This document shows, piece after piece, positions 8,883 to 20,500 of a DNA stretch of 64,000 bases. This DNA comes from Candidatus Sulfotelmatobacter sp. (GTDB lineage Bacteria; Acidobacteriota; Terriglobia; Terriglobales; Acidobacteriaceae). A program made the translations under genes and the position numbers. Each line of letters begins with the position of its first letter. The first letter of the stretch is position 1. The stretch lies in NCBI GenBank assembly GCA_035272245.1, contig DATEQW010000071.1:42-64041 (forward strand). The letters run 5' to 3'. Below the pieces are notes generated by a model. The model saw only the letters and a program-made list of their open reading frames with translations. It made no database searches and had not been told where the DNA came from.

Positions 8883-11800
8883 TCAGTCTCCTTCCGCCGG
8901 TGCCGGCGTTCCTGGCAGCGCGGTGGTTGCCCGTTCCTGGCCAGCGCCGGACCACTTCTCCACCAGGAAGAAGATGGCCGGCACCAAGAAGATTCCGATG
9001 AAGCTGGCCGCCATCATGCCTCCGATCACCGTGGTTCCCATGATTTGGCGGGCGACCGAACCGGCGCCGCTCGCCGTCCAGAGCGGCACGCAACCCAGAA
9101 TGAACGCAAAGGATGTCATCAAAATCGGTCGCAAGCGAACCTTCGCGCCCTCGAGAGCAGCATCCGCCAAAGGCTTTCCTCTTTCATATTCGTCCTTGGC
9201 AAACTCGACAATCAGAATCGCGTTCTTCGCGGTCAGGCCGATGAGCATGACCAAACCAATTTGCGAATAAACATCACTCTCGATCTGGACCAGGTAAGGC
9301 GGCAGGAAGACGCCGAGCAGTACGCGCCGCAGCCATAGGATTGCAAAAGCTCCGAAGACCGCCACTGGCGTGCTCAGCAACACGCTGAACGGCAGCGACC
9401 AGCTTTCGTACAGGGCCGCCAGAATCAGAAAGACGAACAGCAGGGAGAGCCCGAAGATCACCGCTGGTGGCACTCCCTGCCGTGCTTTCTGCTCCTGAAA
9501 CGACATGCCTGAATAGTCGAAGCCCATTTCGCTCGGCATCGTCTCTTTAAAGACGTCTTCCAGCGCGGCTGTGGCTTGGTCCGCGCTATAGCCGGGCGCG
9601 GCGCTGCCGTTGATTTGCGCGGAGCGATATTCGTTGAAGCGCAAAGTGAACTCCGGACCCAGGCGCGCCTTGACGCTGGTAAGGGTGGAGAGAGGAACAT
9701 TGTCTCCCTTGTTGTTGCGGACATAAAACTGTCCGACATTCTCCGCTTTGGCGCGCTCATCGCCTTCCGCTTCGATATAGACCTGCCACTGCCGGCCAAA
9801 GCGGTTGAAATAGTTGATGAAGTAGCCGCCCATGAAGGACTGAATCGTGTGGTACACGTCGCTGAGGGCTACACCTTGCTTGAGCACTTTGTCGCGGTCT
9901 ACTTCCACAAATTGCTGCGGCACGGTCGCCAGGAAAGTGCTGCTGAGGCTCGCAATTTCCGGCCGCTTTCGGGCAGCCTCTAGAAAAGTATTGAGGTTCT
10001 TGGCCAGGAACTGAATATCGCCGCCTGAACGGTCCTCAAGCATGAAGGTAAATCCGCCGGCAGTGCCGACGCCTGGAATCGCGGGCGGAGAGAAGCCGAA
10101 GGCAACTCCTTGCGGCAACTTGCTCAACTGCTGGTTGAGATGTGCCTTGAGCGACTGAAATTGCTCATCTCTTGTCTTGCGTTGGTCCCAGGGCTTGAAG
10201 TTCACAAAAAAGGTCGAGTTGTAACTGGTGCGAACAAAACTGAGCAAACTGAAGCCAACGAAGCCGGTGACCTGTTGAACCCCCGGTGTATCCATCAGGA
10301 TTTTTTCCACCTCACCCGATACCGCCGTGGTGCGTTCGAGCGATGACCCATTCGGTAGCTGCAGATTGACGTAGGCGTAACCTTGATCTTCGTCAGGAAG
10401 GAAGCTCGATGGGATTCGGCCGGCAAAAAAGAAACCCGCCGCGGAAAACACCACAAGCAACACGATCACCACGATCGTCTTTTGGACCAGGACTGCGCTC
10501 CATCGCACATAGCCCTCACTGGCTCGCTCAAAAACGCGGTTAAACCAATCAAAAAACCTTCGCAAGAGGCCGTGGCTCGGCGTCTTTGGCTTGAGCAGCA
10601 ATGCGGCAAGCGCCGGGCTAAGCGTGAGCGCATTGAACGCAGAAAGCAAAACAGAGATCGCGATCGTGACTGCAAATTGCTGGTAGAGCTTACCGGTGAT
10701 TCCGGGAATGAAGGCGGTGGGAACAAAAACGGCGGACAGAACCAGAGCGATGCCAACAACAGGGCCGGAAAGCTCTTCCATAGCTTTCAACGCCGCGGCC
10801 TTCGGCGTCATCCCCTCCTCAATGTGGCGCTCGACGCCTTCTACCACGACGATGGCGTCGTCAACCACAAGCCCGATCGCAAGCACCAGACCAAAGAGCG
10901 AGAGCGTGTTGATGGAGAAACCGAAAATCGGGAACAACACGAACGTTCCGACTAGCGAGACGGGCACGGCGAGCAGCGGAATCAGCGTAGCCCGCCAGCT
11001 CTGCAAGAAAATAAAGACCACCAGGATTACGAGCCCGAGCGCGATGAGAAGCGTCACGACGATTTCCTTCATGCCCTCCGTGACCGCGCGCGTTGTATCC
11101 AGCGCAACCGTGTAATCCAGATCCTCCGGGAAGCGCTCTTTCATCTTGGCCATCAGCTTATTGACTGCCGCAGCCGCGTCCACCGCGTTCGACCCCGGCA
11201 GTTGGTAGGTGGCAATGACCGCGCTCGGCTTCCCGTTATAGCGTCCCGCAACGCTATAGTCCTGCGAACCCAGCTCGATTCGAGCGACATCGCGGACCCG
11301 GACAACTGCCCCGTCAGGGGTCTCGCGCACGACGATCTTTCCGAATTCTTCCGGGGAGATCAGCCGGCCCTGCGCCAGCACCGTATAAGTAAATTCCTGG
11401 CCCTTGGGCGCCGGTTCGCCGCCTGCTTTCCCAGCCGGGTTCACTGTATTTTGCGCTTGAATGGCGCTGATGATTTCCGGGACAGTGACGCCGAGCTTGG
11501 CCAACGTGTCAGGCTTTACCCACATTCGCATCGCATATTGGCCGGAGCCGAACACCTGAACGTTACCGATGCCTGGCGAACGCAGAATGGGGTCAACAAG
11601 GTTGATGTAGGCGTAGTTCGCTAGAAAGGTCGCGTCGTACGTTCCACGAGGCGAGTACACGGCAATCAGCGTGAGGGGAGCGGTGACGGACTTTCGAACG
11701 GTGATTCCGTAATTATTGACGTCCACGGGAAGCTGAGACGCAGCCTGGGTTTCACGGCTTTGGGCAAGAATGTAATCGTTGTTCGGATCGGTTTTTGCAT

Positions 11801-12086
11801 CGAAATCCACGATCAGGCTGGTGGTGTTGTTAGCGGTTGCATTCAGCGAATACATGTAGTTCATGTTGTCCACGCCGCTCATCTGCTGCTCGATGGGCGT
11901 GGCAACAGCCTGTTCGAGGGTTTGCGCGTCGGCCCCGATGTAGGTCGCCAGAATTTGAACCTCGGGCGGAGCGATGCTGGGAAACTGCGCGACCGGCAAA
12001 CTCAGGATGGTAAGAGTACCAACCAGCACCAGGACGATCGAGATAACCATGGCCACGATGGGACGGTTGATAAAAAACTTTGACAT
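8883..12086 (-). CDS. RND multidrug efflux pump, inner-membrane permease (HAE1/AcrB family)
   Basis: Canonical N-terminus MSKFFINRPIVAMVISI, about 1067 aa with 12-TM architecture. The ORF is open to 12224, but ATG at 12086 follows GGAAGGTGA and sits 5 nt after the MFP stop. Confidence 0.93.
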   Translation of the reverse strand: MSKFFINRPIVAMVISIVLVLVGTLTILSLPVAQFPSIAPPEVQILATYIGADAQTLEQAVATPIEQQMSGVDNMNYMYSLNATANNTTSLIVDFDAKTDPNNDYILAQSRETQAASQLPVDVNNYGITVRKSVTAPLTLIAVYSPRGTYDATFLANYAYINLVDPILRSPGIGNVQVFGSGQYAMRMWVKPDTLAKLGVTVPEIISAIQAQNTVNPAGKAGGEPAPKGQEFTYTVLAQGRLISPEEFGKIVVRETPDGAVVRVRDVARIELGSQDYSVAGRYNGKPSAVIATYQLPGSNAVDAAAAVNKLMAKMKERFPEDLDYTVALDTTRAVTEGMKEIVVTLLIALGLVILVVFIFLQSWRATLIPLLAVPVSLVGTFVLFPIFGFSINTLSLFGLVLAIGLVVDDAIVVVEGVERHIEEGMTPKAAALKAMEELSGPVVGIALVLSAVFVPTAFIPGITGKLYQQFAVTIAISVLLSAFNALTLSPALAALLLKPKTPSHGLLRRFFDWFNRVFERASEGYVRWSAVLVQKTIVVIVLLVVFSAAGFFFAGRIPSSFLPDEDQGYAYVNLQLPNGSSLERTTAVSGEVEKILMDTPGVQQVTGFVGFSLLSFVRTSYNSTFFVNFKPWDQRKTRDEQFQSLKAHLNQQLSKLPQGVAFGFSPPAIPGVGTAGGFTFMLEDRSGGDIQFLAKNLNTFLEAARKRPEIASLSSTFLATVPQQFVEVDRDKVLKQGVALSDVYHTIQSFMGGYFINYFNRFGRQWQVYIEAEGDERAKAENVGQFYVRNNKGDNVPLSTLTSVKARLGPEFTLRFNEYRSAQINGSAAPGYSADQATAALEDVFKETMPSEMGFDYSGMSFQEQKARQGVPPAVIFGLSLLFVFLILAALYESWSLPFSVLLSTPVAVFGAFAILWLRRVLLGVFLPPYLVQIESDVYSQIGLVMLIGLTAKNAILIVEFAKDEYERGKPLADAALEGAKVRLRPILMTSFAFILGCVPLWTASGAGSVARQIMGTTVIGGMMAASFIGIFLVPAIFFLVEKWSGAGQERATTALPGTPAPAEGD

Positions 12087-12090
12087 AGGA

Positions 12091-13296
12091 TCACCTTCCC
12101 GTTGTTGCCGTAACAAATGGCTTGGGGTTGACGTGCATGCCCGGACGCACCTTCTGCACGCCCTCGGCGACGACGCGGTCGCCGGGCTTGAGTCCCTTAT
12201 CGATAACCCAGTCGCTGCCGACACGGTCGCCGACCTTAACCGTCTGGATGTTCACTTTGTTCTGATCGTCCACCGTCGCGACCTGATAACCGCCTTGCAG
12301 CTCTGTCACTGCACGCTGAGGTACCAGCAGCGCGTTCGGCTGGACCCGGATGACCGCGCGAACCTTGGCGTAACCGCCGGGACGCAGGATGTTTCCAGGG
12401 TTGGCAAACAGGCCCGCGAGCCGAATTGCCCCCGTACTCACACTTACCTGACGGTCGGCAAAATAGAATGTGCCCTCGTGCGCGTAGGTTGAGCCGTCGG
12501 CCAAAATCAGTTGGAGGTGGAGGTTCTTGTCAGCCGCTTCCCGACTGGCGTCGGTCGGGTAGCGGTCCCTCCATGCCAGATATTGCGGCTCGCCGACTTC
12601 GAAAAACACCTTGATAGGGTCAACGGTGGAAACGGAGGTGACTGGTGCGCTGCTCAGATCGACCAGAGCGCCGACCTGCAGCTGAGCCTGCCCCGCGATC
12701 CCGTCGATTGGCGCTACGAGCCGTGTGAAATCAAGGTTGATGCTGGCAGTTTCGACCGCAGCCTCATCTGTTTTGATTAGAGCCTGCGCCGTCTGCACCG
12801 TGGCCTTGGCGGCTAAGTTGTTCTGAACGGAGTTGTCGAGATCTTGCTGGCTGGCTGCTTGCTGTTTGGCCAGTGGAGTGTACTTCTCCACATCGAGCTG
12901 AGTTCTGACTTGAATGGCTTGCGCAGTGGCAAGCTGCGCTCTGGCCTGCGCTAATTGTCCTTCGGCCTGATCGAGCACGGCTTGAAAAGGCCGTGGATCG
13001 ATTTCAAAAAGCAACTGGCCCTTTTTGACGAATGAGCCTTCTTGATAGGCCTGTCGCAGCAGGTAGCCCGTGACCTGTGCTTTGACGTCAGCATTTGTAA
13101 ATCCGTCGAGGGTTCCGATCCATTCGCCGTAAATCGGGACTTCCTTCTGCTCGACCTGCACCACCTCAACCTCTGGCACCAGGGCGGGCTGTGCTCCCGA
13201 TACGTGCTTCGGGTATATCGCTCCAACAATCAGGCCGATGACGAGCAAACAACCCGCCCCGCCTATCCATACTTTGTACTTCAGAAGCGTGTTCAT
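12091..13296 (-). CDS. RND efflux membrane fusion (periplasmic adaptor) protein
   Basis: 401 aa with an N-terminal TM anchor and an HlyD/AcrA-like coiled-coil and barrel sequence. It is immediately upstream of the pump gene. Confidence 0.9.
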   Translation of the reverse strand: MNTLLKYKVWIGGAGCLLVIGLIVGAIYPKHVSGAQPALVPEVEVVQVEQKEVPIYGEWIGTLDGFTNADVKAQVTGYLLRQAYQEGSFVKKGQLLFEIDPRPFQAVLDQAEGQLAQARAQLATAQAIQVRTQLDVEKYTPLAKQQAASQQDLDNSVQNNLAAKATVQTAQALIKTDEAAVETASINLDFTRLVAPIDGIAGQAQLQVGALVDLSSAPVTSVSTVDPIKVFFEVGEPQYLAWRDRYPTDASREAADKNLHLQLILADGSTYAHEGTFYFADRQVSVSTGAIRLAGLFANPGNILRPGGYAKVRAVIRVQPNALLVPQRAVTELQGGYQVATVDDQNKVNIQTVKVGDRVGSDWVIDKGLKPGDRVVAEGVQKVRPGMHVNPKPFVTATTGR

Positions 13297-13408
13297 ATTC
13301 TTCCTCGGCTGCGTGCCTTCACGCCAGGATCGACTTATCAGGTCTCTCGACTATTTCTTAGCAGTTGCTGAATCCACTTCCTTCACTAGTTCGCGCCCGT
13401 TCAGGCAT

Positions 13409-15151
13409 TCAAACCAGGCGAACGTTGCGTTCCATTGTCTTAATCACCGAGTCCATGCGGCCGGAGAGCACCTGCTTGGCGAGGCTCAGGGTAAAGCCTT
13501 TGGCCGCGTGAAAGGGCACATGCGACGGCAGCGAGAGGGCAAACGGATCTACGACGGCGTCGACAACGACCGGACCGCCCTCGTATGCGAGTGCCTCGGC
13601 GAGCGCCTCCCGAACATCACCGGGCTCCTCGATGCGGATACCCTTCGCGCCCATTGCTCCTGCGACCTTGGCGAAGTTTGGATTTTTGAAGTCAACTCCG
13701 AAAGGGACAAAGCCGGCCTCTTGCTGCTCGATCTTGACGAAGTCCAGGGAGTCGTTATTCAGGATGATTTGGACGACCGGAGTCTTTCGCTCCACTTGCG
13801 TCAACAGGTCGCCCAGGGCAAGCATCGTGTAGCCCCCGTCGCCGCATAGAGCGATCGTTTGACGGCCAGGGTAGGCCAACTGCGCACCGAACGCATTGGG
13901 CGCGGCATTGGCCATGGACGCCCATGAAAACGAACCGAAGAGTCTGCGATCTCTGCCGCCCCCGATATACCTTGCGAGCCAAATTACTGCCGTGCCGGTG
14001 TCGGCAAAAAACATCGCATCGTCGGAAGCCACGTCATTCAGAGTCGCGGCTAGGAACTCCGGACGGATGGGCTTGATGTCAGGTCCTTTGTCAACGTAAT
14101 GCTGCAATAAATCACGGAAAGAATTGGTCTCCGCGAGCTGCTTGTCGAGAAAGCGGCGATCGGTTTTCTCAGTGACGTTATCAAGCAATGCAGCGACGGT
14201 TGTTTTGACGTCGCCAACCAGCCCAAGATCAACCGCCGTGCGGCGGCCTATGTGCTTGGGGTTCTTATCGATCTGGGCTTTCTTCACACCCTCACCGGGC
14301 AGAAATTCAGAAAACGGAAAATCCGTCCCGAGCAGGAGCAAGAGCTCGGCTTCATTAATTGCGCGATAGGCTCCGCCATAACCGAGCAAGCCGGTCATGC
14401 CCACTGCGTTAGGATTGCGGTGTTCCAGCCACTGCTTGCCGCGAAAGGCGTACCCGACAGGCGCCTTTAGTCTGTCCGCTAATTGCAGCACCTCGTCGCG
14501 AGCATCCCTGCAGCCGTCGCCGCCGAAGATGGCAACTGTTTTCGCGTCGTTGATCATCTCTACGAGCCGACCAAGGTCGGCGTCGGAAGGGCGCAACATG
14601 GGCGTACACGGAATCGTGATCTCGGTCGAGCGCTTGTTCGCATCGGGCATATCAGCCGAGGCGATATCGCCCGGAAGCGAAATTACTGTCGGGCCTTTTT
14701 CCAGGAGCGCCGTACGAATGGCTGTGCTGAAGACGGTGAGCGCCTGCTCGGGATTAACGACGCGTGCGGTATAGAGGGAGGCAGTCTCGAAGAACTTGTA
14801 GGGATTAAGTTCTTCAAGCGCGGCTGTGTCTAAGACGTTGGTCTCGACATCGCCCGCAATGGCGATGATTGGCGCTCCCTCCTTACGCGCATCCATCAGC
14901 CCGTTGAACAGATGGACGACGCCGGGGCCGGCGGTGCCACACACCGCTACGGGATTGCCGCTCAGATAAGCCTCTGCGACAGCGGCGAAAACTCCGTATT
15001 CTTCATGTCTCACATGAACCAACTCGATCTTGCCGTTGCGACGTAAAGCGTCGTTCACAGGATTAAGAGCATCCCCAACGATGCCATAGCAACGTTTGAC
15101 TCCCGCCTTCTCTAACATGGTCCACAGGGCGTCTGCCACTTTTTCCGACAT
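13409..15151 (-). CDS. poxB: Thiamine-diphosphate enzyme, pyruvate oxidase / pyruvate:quinone dehydrogenase (PoxB-like)
   Basis: 580 aa. The N-terminus VADALWTMLEKAGVKRCYGIVGDALNPVNDAL...RHEEYGVFAAVAEAYLSG...GPGVVHLFNGL parallels E. coli PoxB. The TPP-binding GDGGYTM...NN motif is present. Confidence 0.8.
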   Translation of the reverse strand: MSEKVADALWTMLEKAGVKRCYGIVGDALNPVNDALRRNGKIELVHVRHEEYGVFAAVAEAYLSGNPVAVCGTAGPGVVHLFNGLMDARKEGAPIIAIAGDVETNVLDTAALEELNPYKFFETASLYTARVVNPEQALTVFSTAIRTALLEKGPTVISLPGDIASADMPDANKRSTEITIPCTPMLRPSDADLGRLVEMINDAKTVAIFGGDGCRDARDEVLQLADRLKAPVGYAFRGKQWLEHRNPNAVGMTGLLGYGGAYRAINEAELLLLLGTDFPFSEFLPGEGVKKAQIDKNPKHIGRRTAVDLGLVGDVKTTVAALLDNVTEKTDRRFLDKQLAETNSFRDLLQHYVDKGPDIKPIRPEFLAATLNDVASDDAMFFADTGTAVIWLARYIGGGRDRRLFGSFSWASMANAAPNAFGAQLAYPGRQTIALCGDGGYTMLALGDLLTQVERKTPVVQIILNNDSLDFVKIEQQEAGFVPFGVDFKNPNFAKVAGAMGAKGIRIEEPGDVREALAEALAYEGGPVVVDAVVDPFALSLPSHVPFHAAKGFTLSLAKQVLSGRMDSVIKTMERNVRLV

Positions 15152-15359
15152 AGTAATGACCTTTCCCGGCTGGAATACCGATTTCGGACTTCGGGATGCG
15201 GAATACCCGCACCCACTTCATGCCCGCAACATTGTCGTTTTTGCTCCGGTGGGTGGTTCCGGCCTGTGATTGTTCTCGGTGGACTATGCGCTGGTGAAAT
15301 CTGACTCTACAGCGCAAGCTAAACTGATGTCCTCGCTTGAGACAATGTGCGACACGGAC

Positions 15360-15438
15360 GAAATAAAGACATCACGAGATGCAGGGTTTTTTTACTACCA
15401 CTGAAGGCTGCGCAAGAGATACCTCTTTTGTGGTAGGG
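15360..15438 (-). repeat. Conserved upstream element, copy 4 of 4 (core CTGCATCTCGTGATG), in the PoxB-like leader region
   Basis: On the minus strand the order is: CTACCAC, a 28-nt spacer, GTGGTAG, T, A7, CC, CTGCATCTCGTGATG. The two arms form a perfect 7-bp inverted repeat (plus-strand 15395-15401 and 15430-15436). Confidence 0.7.
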
Positions 15439-15545
15439 CGCAGGGAGGGATGGCTTGCCCGCCCTTACTGACAGCCGCAGGGGAGGTAAGCGGAACAATA
15501 TGCAATGGGTTATGATGATCTTCCAATCATCGTCGCGACCGTCCT

Positions 15546-17042
15546 ATGCCGCGGTGGAAACTATCATCGCCGAAGATCCCGTCCGTAATTCAGCGCTACG
15601 GTCTTGCAATTTTGTCCGTTGTGATTGGTCTCGGGATCGGTCTTCTTCTCGAACGCTCGCACTTTCACGACGTAGAATTCCCCCTCTTCCTGTTGGCCAT
15701 CGTCGTAACGGTCTGGTATGCCGGAGTCGGCCCTGGGATTCTTGCAGTCGTACTCTCCAGTTTGGCTTTCGATTTTTTCTTTACCGAGCCCGTTTACAGT
15801 TTTTATGTCAGCAGATCAGAGCTCCCGTACTACTTCGTTTTCATCCTATTCGCGTTGCTTTTGACCTGGTTCAGCGCTGTCCGCCGGCGCGTCGAACGGG
15901 ACCTTCTACAATCCCGCGACGAACTCGAACAAGAAGTGGCCATGCGAACGCAACAGGCCAGCCTGCTTAATCTCACACATGACACAATTTTTGTCCGCGA
16001 CATGAGCGACGTCATCACATACTGGAATCGCGGCGCTCAGGAACTTTACGGGTGGAGGGCCGAGGAAGCGATCGGAAAGCGCTCTCACGATCTCTTGCGG
16101 ACCGTTTTTCCGGCACCGCTCGACGACATAGCCGCCGATCTGCTGCGGAACGGCCGCTGGGAGGGCGAACTCGAGAAAACTAAGTCTGATGGAACCCGAG
16201 TGGTAGTGGCCAGCCGATGGTCCTTGCAACGAAACGAGCAAAGGATCCCGATCGCGATCCTGGAAACTAACAACGACATCACCCAGCGTAAACGAGGCGA
16301 AGAAGAAGTGCGCCAGCTCAACCAGGAACTCGGAAAACGAACCATTGAGCTGGAGGCCATCAATAAGGAGCTGGAAGCATTCGCGTATTCCATATCGCAT
16401 GATCTGCGCGCCCCGCTTCGCCATATGGTCGGCTTTACCGAGCTACTTCAGAAGAATGCTTCTTCAGTGGTGGATGACAAGGGCCGCCGGTACATGACGA
16501 CGATCCTGGAATCGGCAAAGCGGATGGGGACTCTGATCGATGACCTCCTCGCCTTTTCACGGATAGGGCGCGCCGAAGCCCGGGAAAGCATCGTTAATTT
16601 GGAAGAACTGATAAACGAGGTTCGGAGCGAAGTAGCTCAGGAGGCGGAAGGGCGCAATATTACGTGGAAACTCGGCCCGCTGCCCGATCTCTGCGGCGAT
16701 CGTTCGATGCTTAAGCTTGCGCTCGTCAATCTTCTTTCCAATGCGATAAAATTCACGCGCCCGCGTCCACAACCCGAGGTCGAAGTGGGGTGCGCCGAGA
16801 AACAAAACGGCAGGATCGTGATTTTTATTCGAGATAATGGAGTTGGCTTCGATATGAAATATGCAAACAAACTATTCGGCGTGTTCCAGCGTCTTCACCG
16901 CCCCGAAGAGTTTGAAGGCACAGGGATCGGGCTGGCCACAGTTCAGCGCATTATTCGTCGTCACGGTGGTGAGGTCTGGGCTGAGGGGTTCGTGGACAAA
17001 GGTGCAACCTTCTTTTTCTCAGTTCCGAGCCAGAGGAGATAA
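15546..17042 (+). CDS. Membrane sensor histidine kinase with PAS domain
   Basis: N-terminal hydrophobic segments, one PAS domain, H-box FAYSISHDLRAPLRH, and ATPase boxes LLSNAIKF, RDNGVGF and GTGIGLA. Confidence 0.88.
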   Translation: MPRWKLSSPKIPSVIQRYGLAILSVVIGLGIGLLLERSHFHDVEFPLFLLAIVVTVWYAGVGPGILAVVLSSLAFDFFFTEPVYSFYVSRSELPYYFVFILFALLLTWFSAVRRRVERDLLQSRDELEQEVAMRTQQASLLNLTHDTIFVRDMSDVITYWNRGAQELYGWRAEEAIGKRSHDLLRTVFPAPLDDIAADLLRNGRWEGELEKTKSDGTRVVVASRWSLQRNEQRIPIAILETNNDITQRKRGEEEVRQLNQELGKRTIELEAINKELEAFAYSISHDLRAPLRHMVGFTELLQKNASSVVDDKGRRYMTTILESAKRMGTLIDDLLAFSRIGRAEARESIVNLEELINEVRSEVAQEAEGRNITWKLGPLPDLCGDRSMLKLALVNLLSNAIKFTRPRPQPEVEVGCAEKQNGRIVIFIRDNGVGFDMKYANKLFGVFQRLHRPEEFEGTGIGLATVQRIIRRHGGEVWAEGFVDKGATFFFSVPSQRR

Positions 17043-17047
17043 ACATT

Positions 17048-17500
17048 ATGGAATTATTGGGACGCATCTTGATGGTTGAGGACGACCCCAAGGATGTGGA
17101 ACTCACCTTAACTGCACTCGAGGAATACAACCTCAGCAACGAGGTTATCGTTACCCACGACGGCGAGGAGGCCTTGGATTATCTCTATCACCGAGGAAAG
17201 TTCCAGACGCGTGCCAATGGGAATCCTGCTGTCCTGTTGCTGGACTTAAAATTGCCCAAGGTCGACGGACTGGAAGTGCTGCAGCAACTTAAATCGGATG
17301 AGAAGTTGAGAATGATTCCCGTGGTCGTACTCACATCTTCGCGAGAGGAACGGGACATGGTGGCGAGCTACAAACTTGGCGTAAACGCCTACGTGGTAAA
17401 GCCTGTGGATTTCCACGAATTTGTGAATGCCATCAAAGAGCTTGGCGTTTTCTGGGCTATTATCAACGAAGCCCCGCCCGGCAGCATAAAGAAAAAATAG
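17048..17500 (+). CDS. Single-domain response regulator (receiver only)
   Basis: 150 aa with acidic pocket VEDDPKD, phospho-acceptor context LLLDLKLPKVDG, and conserved T and K positions (LTSS, VVKP). Confidence 0.9.
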   Translation: MELLGRILMVEDDPKDVELTLTALEEYNLSNEVIVTHDGEEALDYLYHRGKFQTRANGNPAVLLLDLKLPKVDGLEVLQQLKSDEKLRMIPVVVLTSSREERDMVASYKLGVNAYVVKPVDFHEFVNAIKELGVFWAIINEAPPGSIKKK

Positions 17501-17515
17501 CGGTATGTATCGTAT

Positions 17516-20500
17516 TTGAATCTGATCGACACAACCGTGATTTCTCCTATCAAAATTCTTCATCTTGAAGACGACCCCAAGGACGCAGAGCTTCTTCAGG
17601 CAACCCTGGAAGCCGAAGGCGTCCCCTGTCATATCGCTCGTGTTGAAGCGGAACCCGAGTTCTCCGCCTCTCTGAAGCAAAGTAGTTTTGATTTGATCCT
17701 CGCGGACTATACCCTTCCCTCTTTCGACGGCATTTCTGCGTTGAAAATTGCCAAAGAAATCCGCCCTGACGTGCCGTTCATCTTCGTTTCCGGAACTCTG
17801 GGCGAAGAAGTGGCCATTGAGGCGCTCAAGATGGGGGCAACGGATTATGTCTTCAAAACACGCCTTTCGAGAATCCTGCCCTCGGTGCAGCGAGCCGTGC
17901 GGGAGGGTGAGGAGCGAGCCGAGCGCAGACGGGCTGAGGAGGCTTTACGCACGAGCGAAAAGAGGTTCCGGCTCATTTTTGAATCCATTCCGGGCCTCAT
18001 CGCGGTGCAGACGGCGGCGGGTGAGCTGGAACTGGTCAACCATCGACTCCTGGAATATTTCGGCAAGACCCTTGAGGAACTGAAAGCTTGGGCCACCAAC
18101 GATGTCGTCCATCCGGATGACCTCGCCCGCGTAAGAGCGGCGTGGAAGCGATCCGTCGAGACCGGGCAACCCTACGACGATGAGCACCGAATCCGCCGCG
18201 CCGATGGCACATACCGTTGGTTTCACGTGCGCGGACTCCCGCTGCGGGACGCAGACGGTCGGATCGTCCGTTGGTACGAGTTGTTTACTAATATTGATGA
18301 CCGCAAGACGGCCGAGCAGGCGCTACGCCGGAACGAAGCTTACTTAGCGGAAGCACAGAGGTTAAGCCACACAGGCAGTTTCGGCTGGCATGTTTCAAGC
18401 GGCGAGATTTATTGGTCCGAGGAAACCTTCCGCATATTCGGTTTCGAAGTTACCTCCATCCCAACATTGGAACGTGTGCGCCAACGCACTCACCCGGACG
18501 ACAGACCCGCTTTGCAAGAACTACTCGAGCGTGTTTCGCGCGACAGGACGGAGTTTGATCTTGAACATCGGCTGCTGATGCCGGATGGATCCGTAAAATA
18601 CTTGCAAGTCGTGGGACGTCCGTCCAAGGACAAAACCGGCAACTTTGAATTTGTGGGAGCAGTAACCGACATCACCGAGCGCAAGCATGCGGAATCCCTC
18701 TTAGCTGCAGAAAAGCGCTCGCTGGAGATGATCGCCAGTGGTGCGAGTCTCAGCGCTATTTTGGAAGATTTGTGTAGTGCCATCGATGCTCAGTCTCCTG
18801 GGGTCATCTCGTCGGTTCTGCTGACAGATACCGAAGGGAAGAGGTTGTGGCCGGCAGCAGGGCCCAAAGCGCCCAAAGGCTGGAGTCAGGCCATTGCTGG
18901 CGGGGCGATCGGTCCAAGGGCAGGCTCGTGCGGAACGGCAGCATTCCGCAAGAAGCGCGTGATCACCTCGGATATCGCCACCGACCCTTTATGGATCGAT
19001 TATCGCGACCTCGCCTTAAGCCATGGACTGCGTGCGTCCTGGTCGCAGCCACTTATTTCGAAAAATAACGAGGTGCTTGGCACCTTCGCCATGTACTACG
19101 CGGAGCCCAGAAGCCCCGACGGCAGCGATCTTCAATTGATTGAAGCGGCGGGACACATTGCCGTCATCGCGATTGAGCGACGGCGCGCTGAAGAAGCGTT
19201 GCAGGAAAGCGAAGAGCGTTTTCGCCACATGGCAGATGCCCTTCCTGAGGTCATGTGGATCACTGGCTTGGATCCAGAAAGACCGCTGTATACGAGCCCA
19301 AGCTTTGAACGCATTTGGGGCTTCCCCGTCTCAGATCTCTCTGGGAATCCGCGTCTATGGACGGAGAGGATTCATCCCGACGACCGCGCCCGTGTGATCG
19401 ACATTTTCTCCCGCTGGATAGCTGGTGAAAATGTCAGTTATCGGGACGTTGAGTTTCGCATCGTCCACCCAAATGGCGAAATCCGCTGGATTCACGAGCG
19501 GGGAGTCCTCAGTCTCAACGAGTACGGCAAGCCGTACCGCGCCAGCGGCATTTCCACGGACATCACCGCCCGCAAGAAGGCGGAAGCCAAGTTCCGCGAG
19601 TTGCTGGAAGCGGCCCCGGACGCGATGGTGGTGGTGAATCGGGAAGGCAAGATTGTATTGATCAACGCCCAGGTAGAGAGAATGTTCGGATACCGCCGCG
19701 AGGAACTGCTGAACCGGCAAATTGAGGTGCTGGTGCCCGAGCGCTTCCGCAGTCAACACCCTCAAAGCCGAGCGCGCTTTTTTAGCGAGCCTCGAGTACG
19801 TCCGATGGGCGCAGGGCTGGAATTATACGGATTGCACAAGGACGGTCATGAATTCCCGGTGGAGATTAGCCTGAGCCCGCTCGAAACGGAAGACGGTACG
19901 TTAGTCTCAAGCGCGATCCGCGACATCAGCGCTCGCAAGCAGGCGGAGTCTTTACTCCGAGAAAGCGAGCAGCGTTTTCGAACCATCTTCGATGAGGCAG
20001 GTACGGGCATCGCTTTGATCGATCTCGTATCCGGCGGACCGATTGAGAACAACCGCGCTCTGCAGAGGATGCTTGGCCGCACCCAGGACGAACTCGGACG
20101 GATTGAGACGTACGACGAATTGACCTGCGAAGAGGACCGAGAAGCGGACGCCATTCTGTACCGTGAACTTTGCGAAGGGAAGCATGAGACTCTTCGGCAC
20201 GAAAAGCATCTTGTCCTCAAAGATGGCAGGTCCGTGTGGGCAAATGTCGTTTTTACTCTCTTGCGTGACTGTGAAGGGCGCCCTAAACGCGTCATCGCCA
20301 TACATGAGGACATCACCGACCGCAAGCGGGCCGAAGAGACTTTGCGGAAAAGTGAACAGCGCCTTCGCGATGTGATCGAAACGATTCCCATCATGGCATG
20401 GACCGCGCTCCCCGACGGGGCCAACGATTTCGCGAATCAGCGTTGGCAGGAATACACCGGGATATCATTGCAGGACACATCGGGCGCCGGCTGGAAGATG

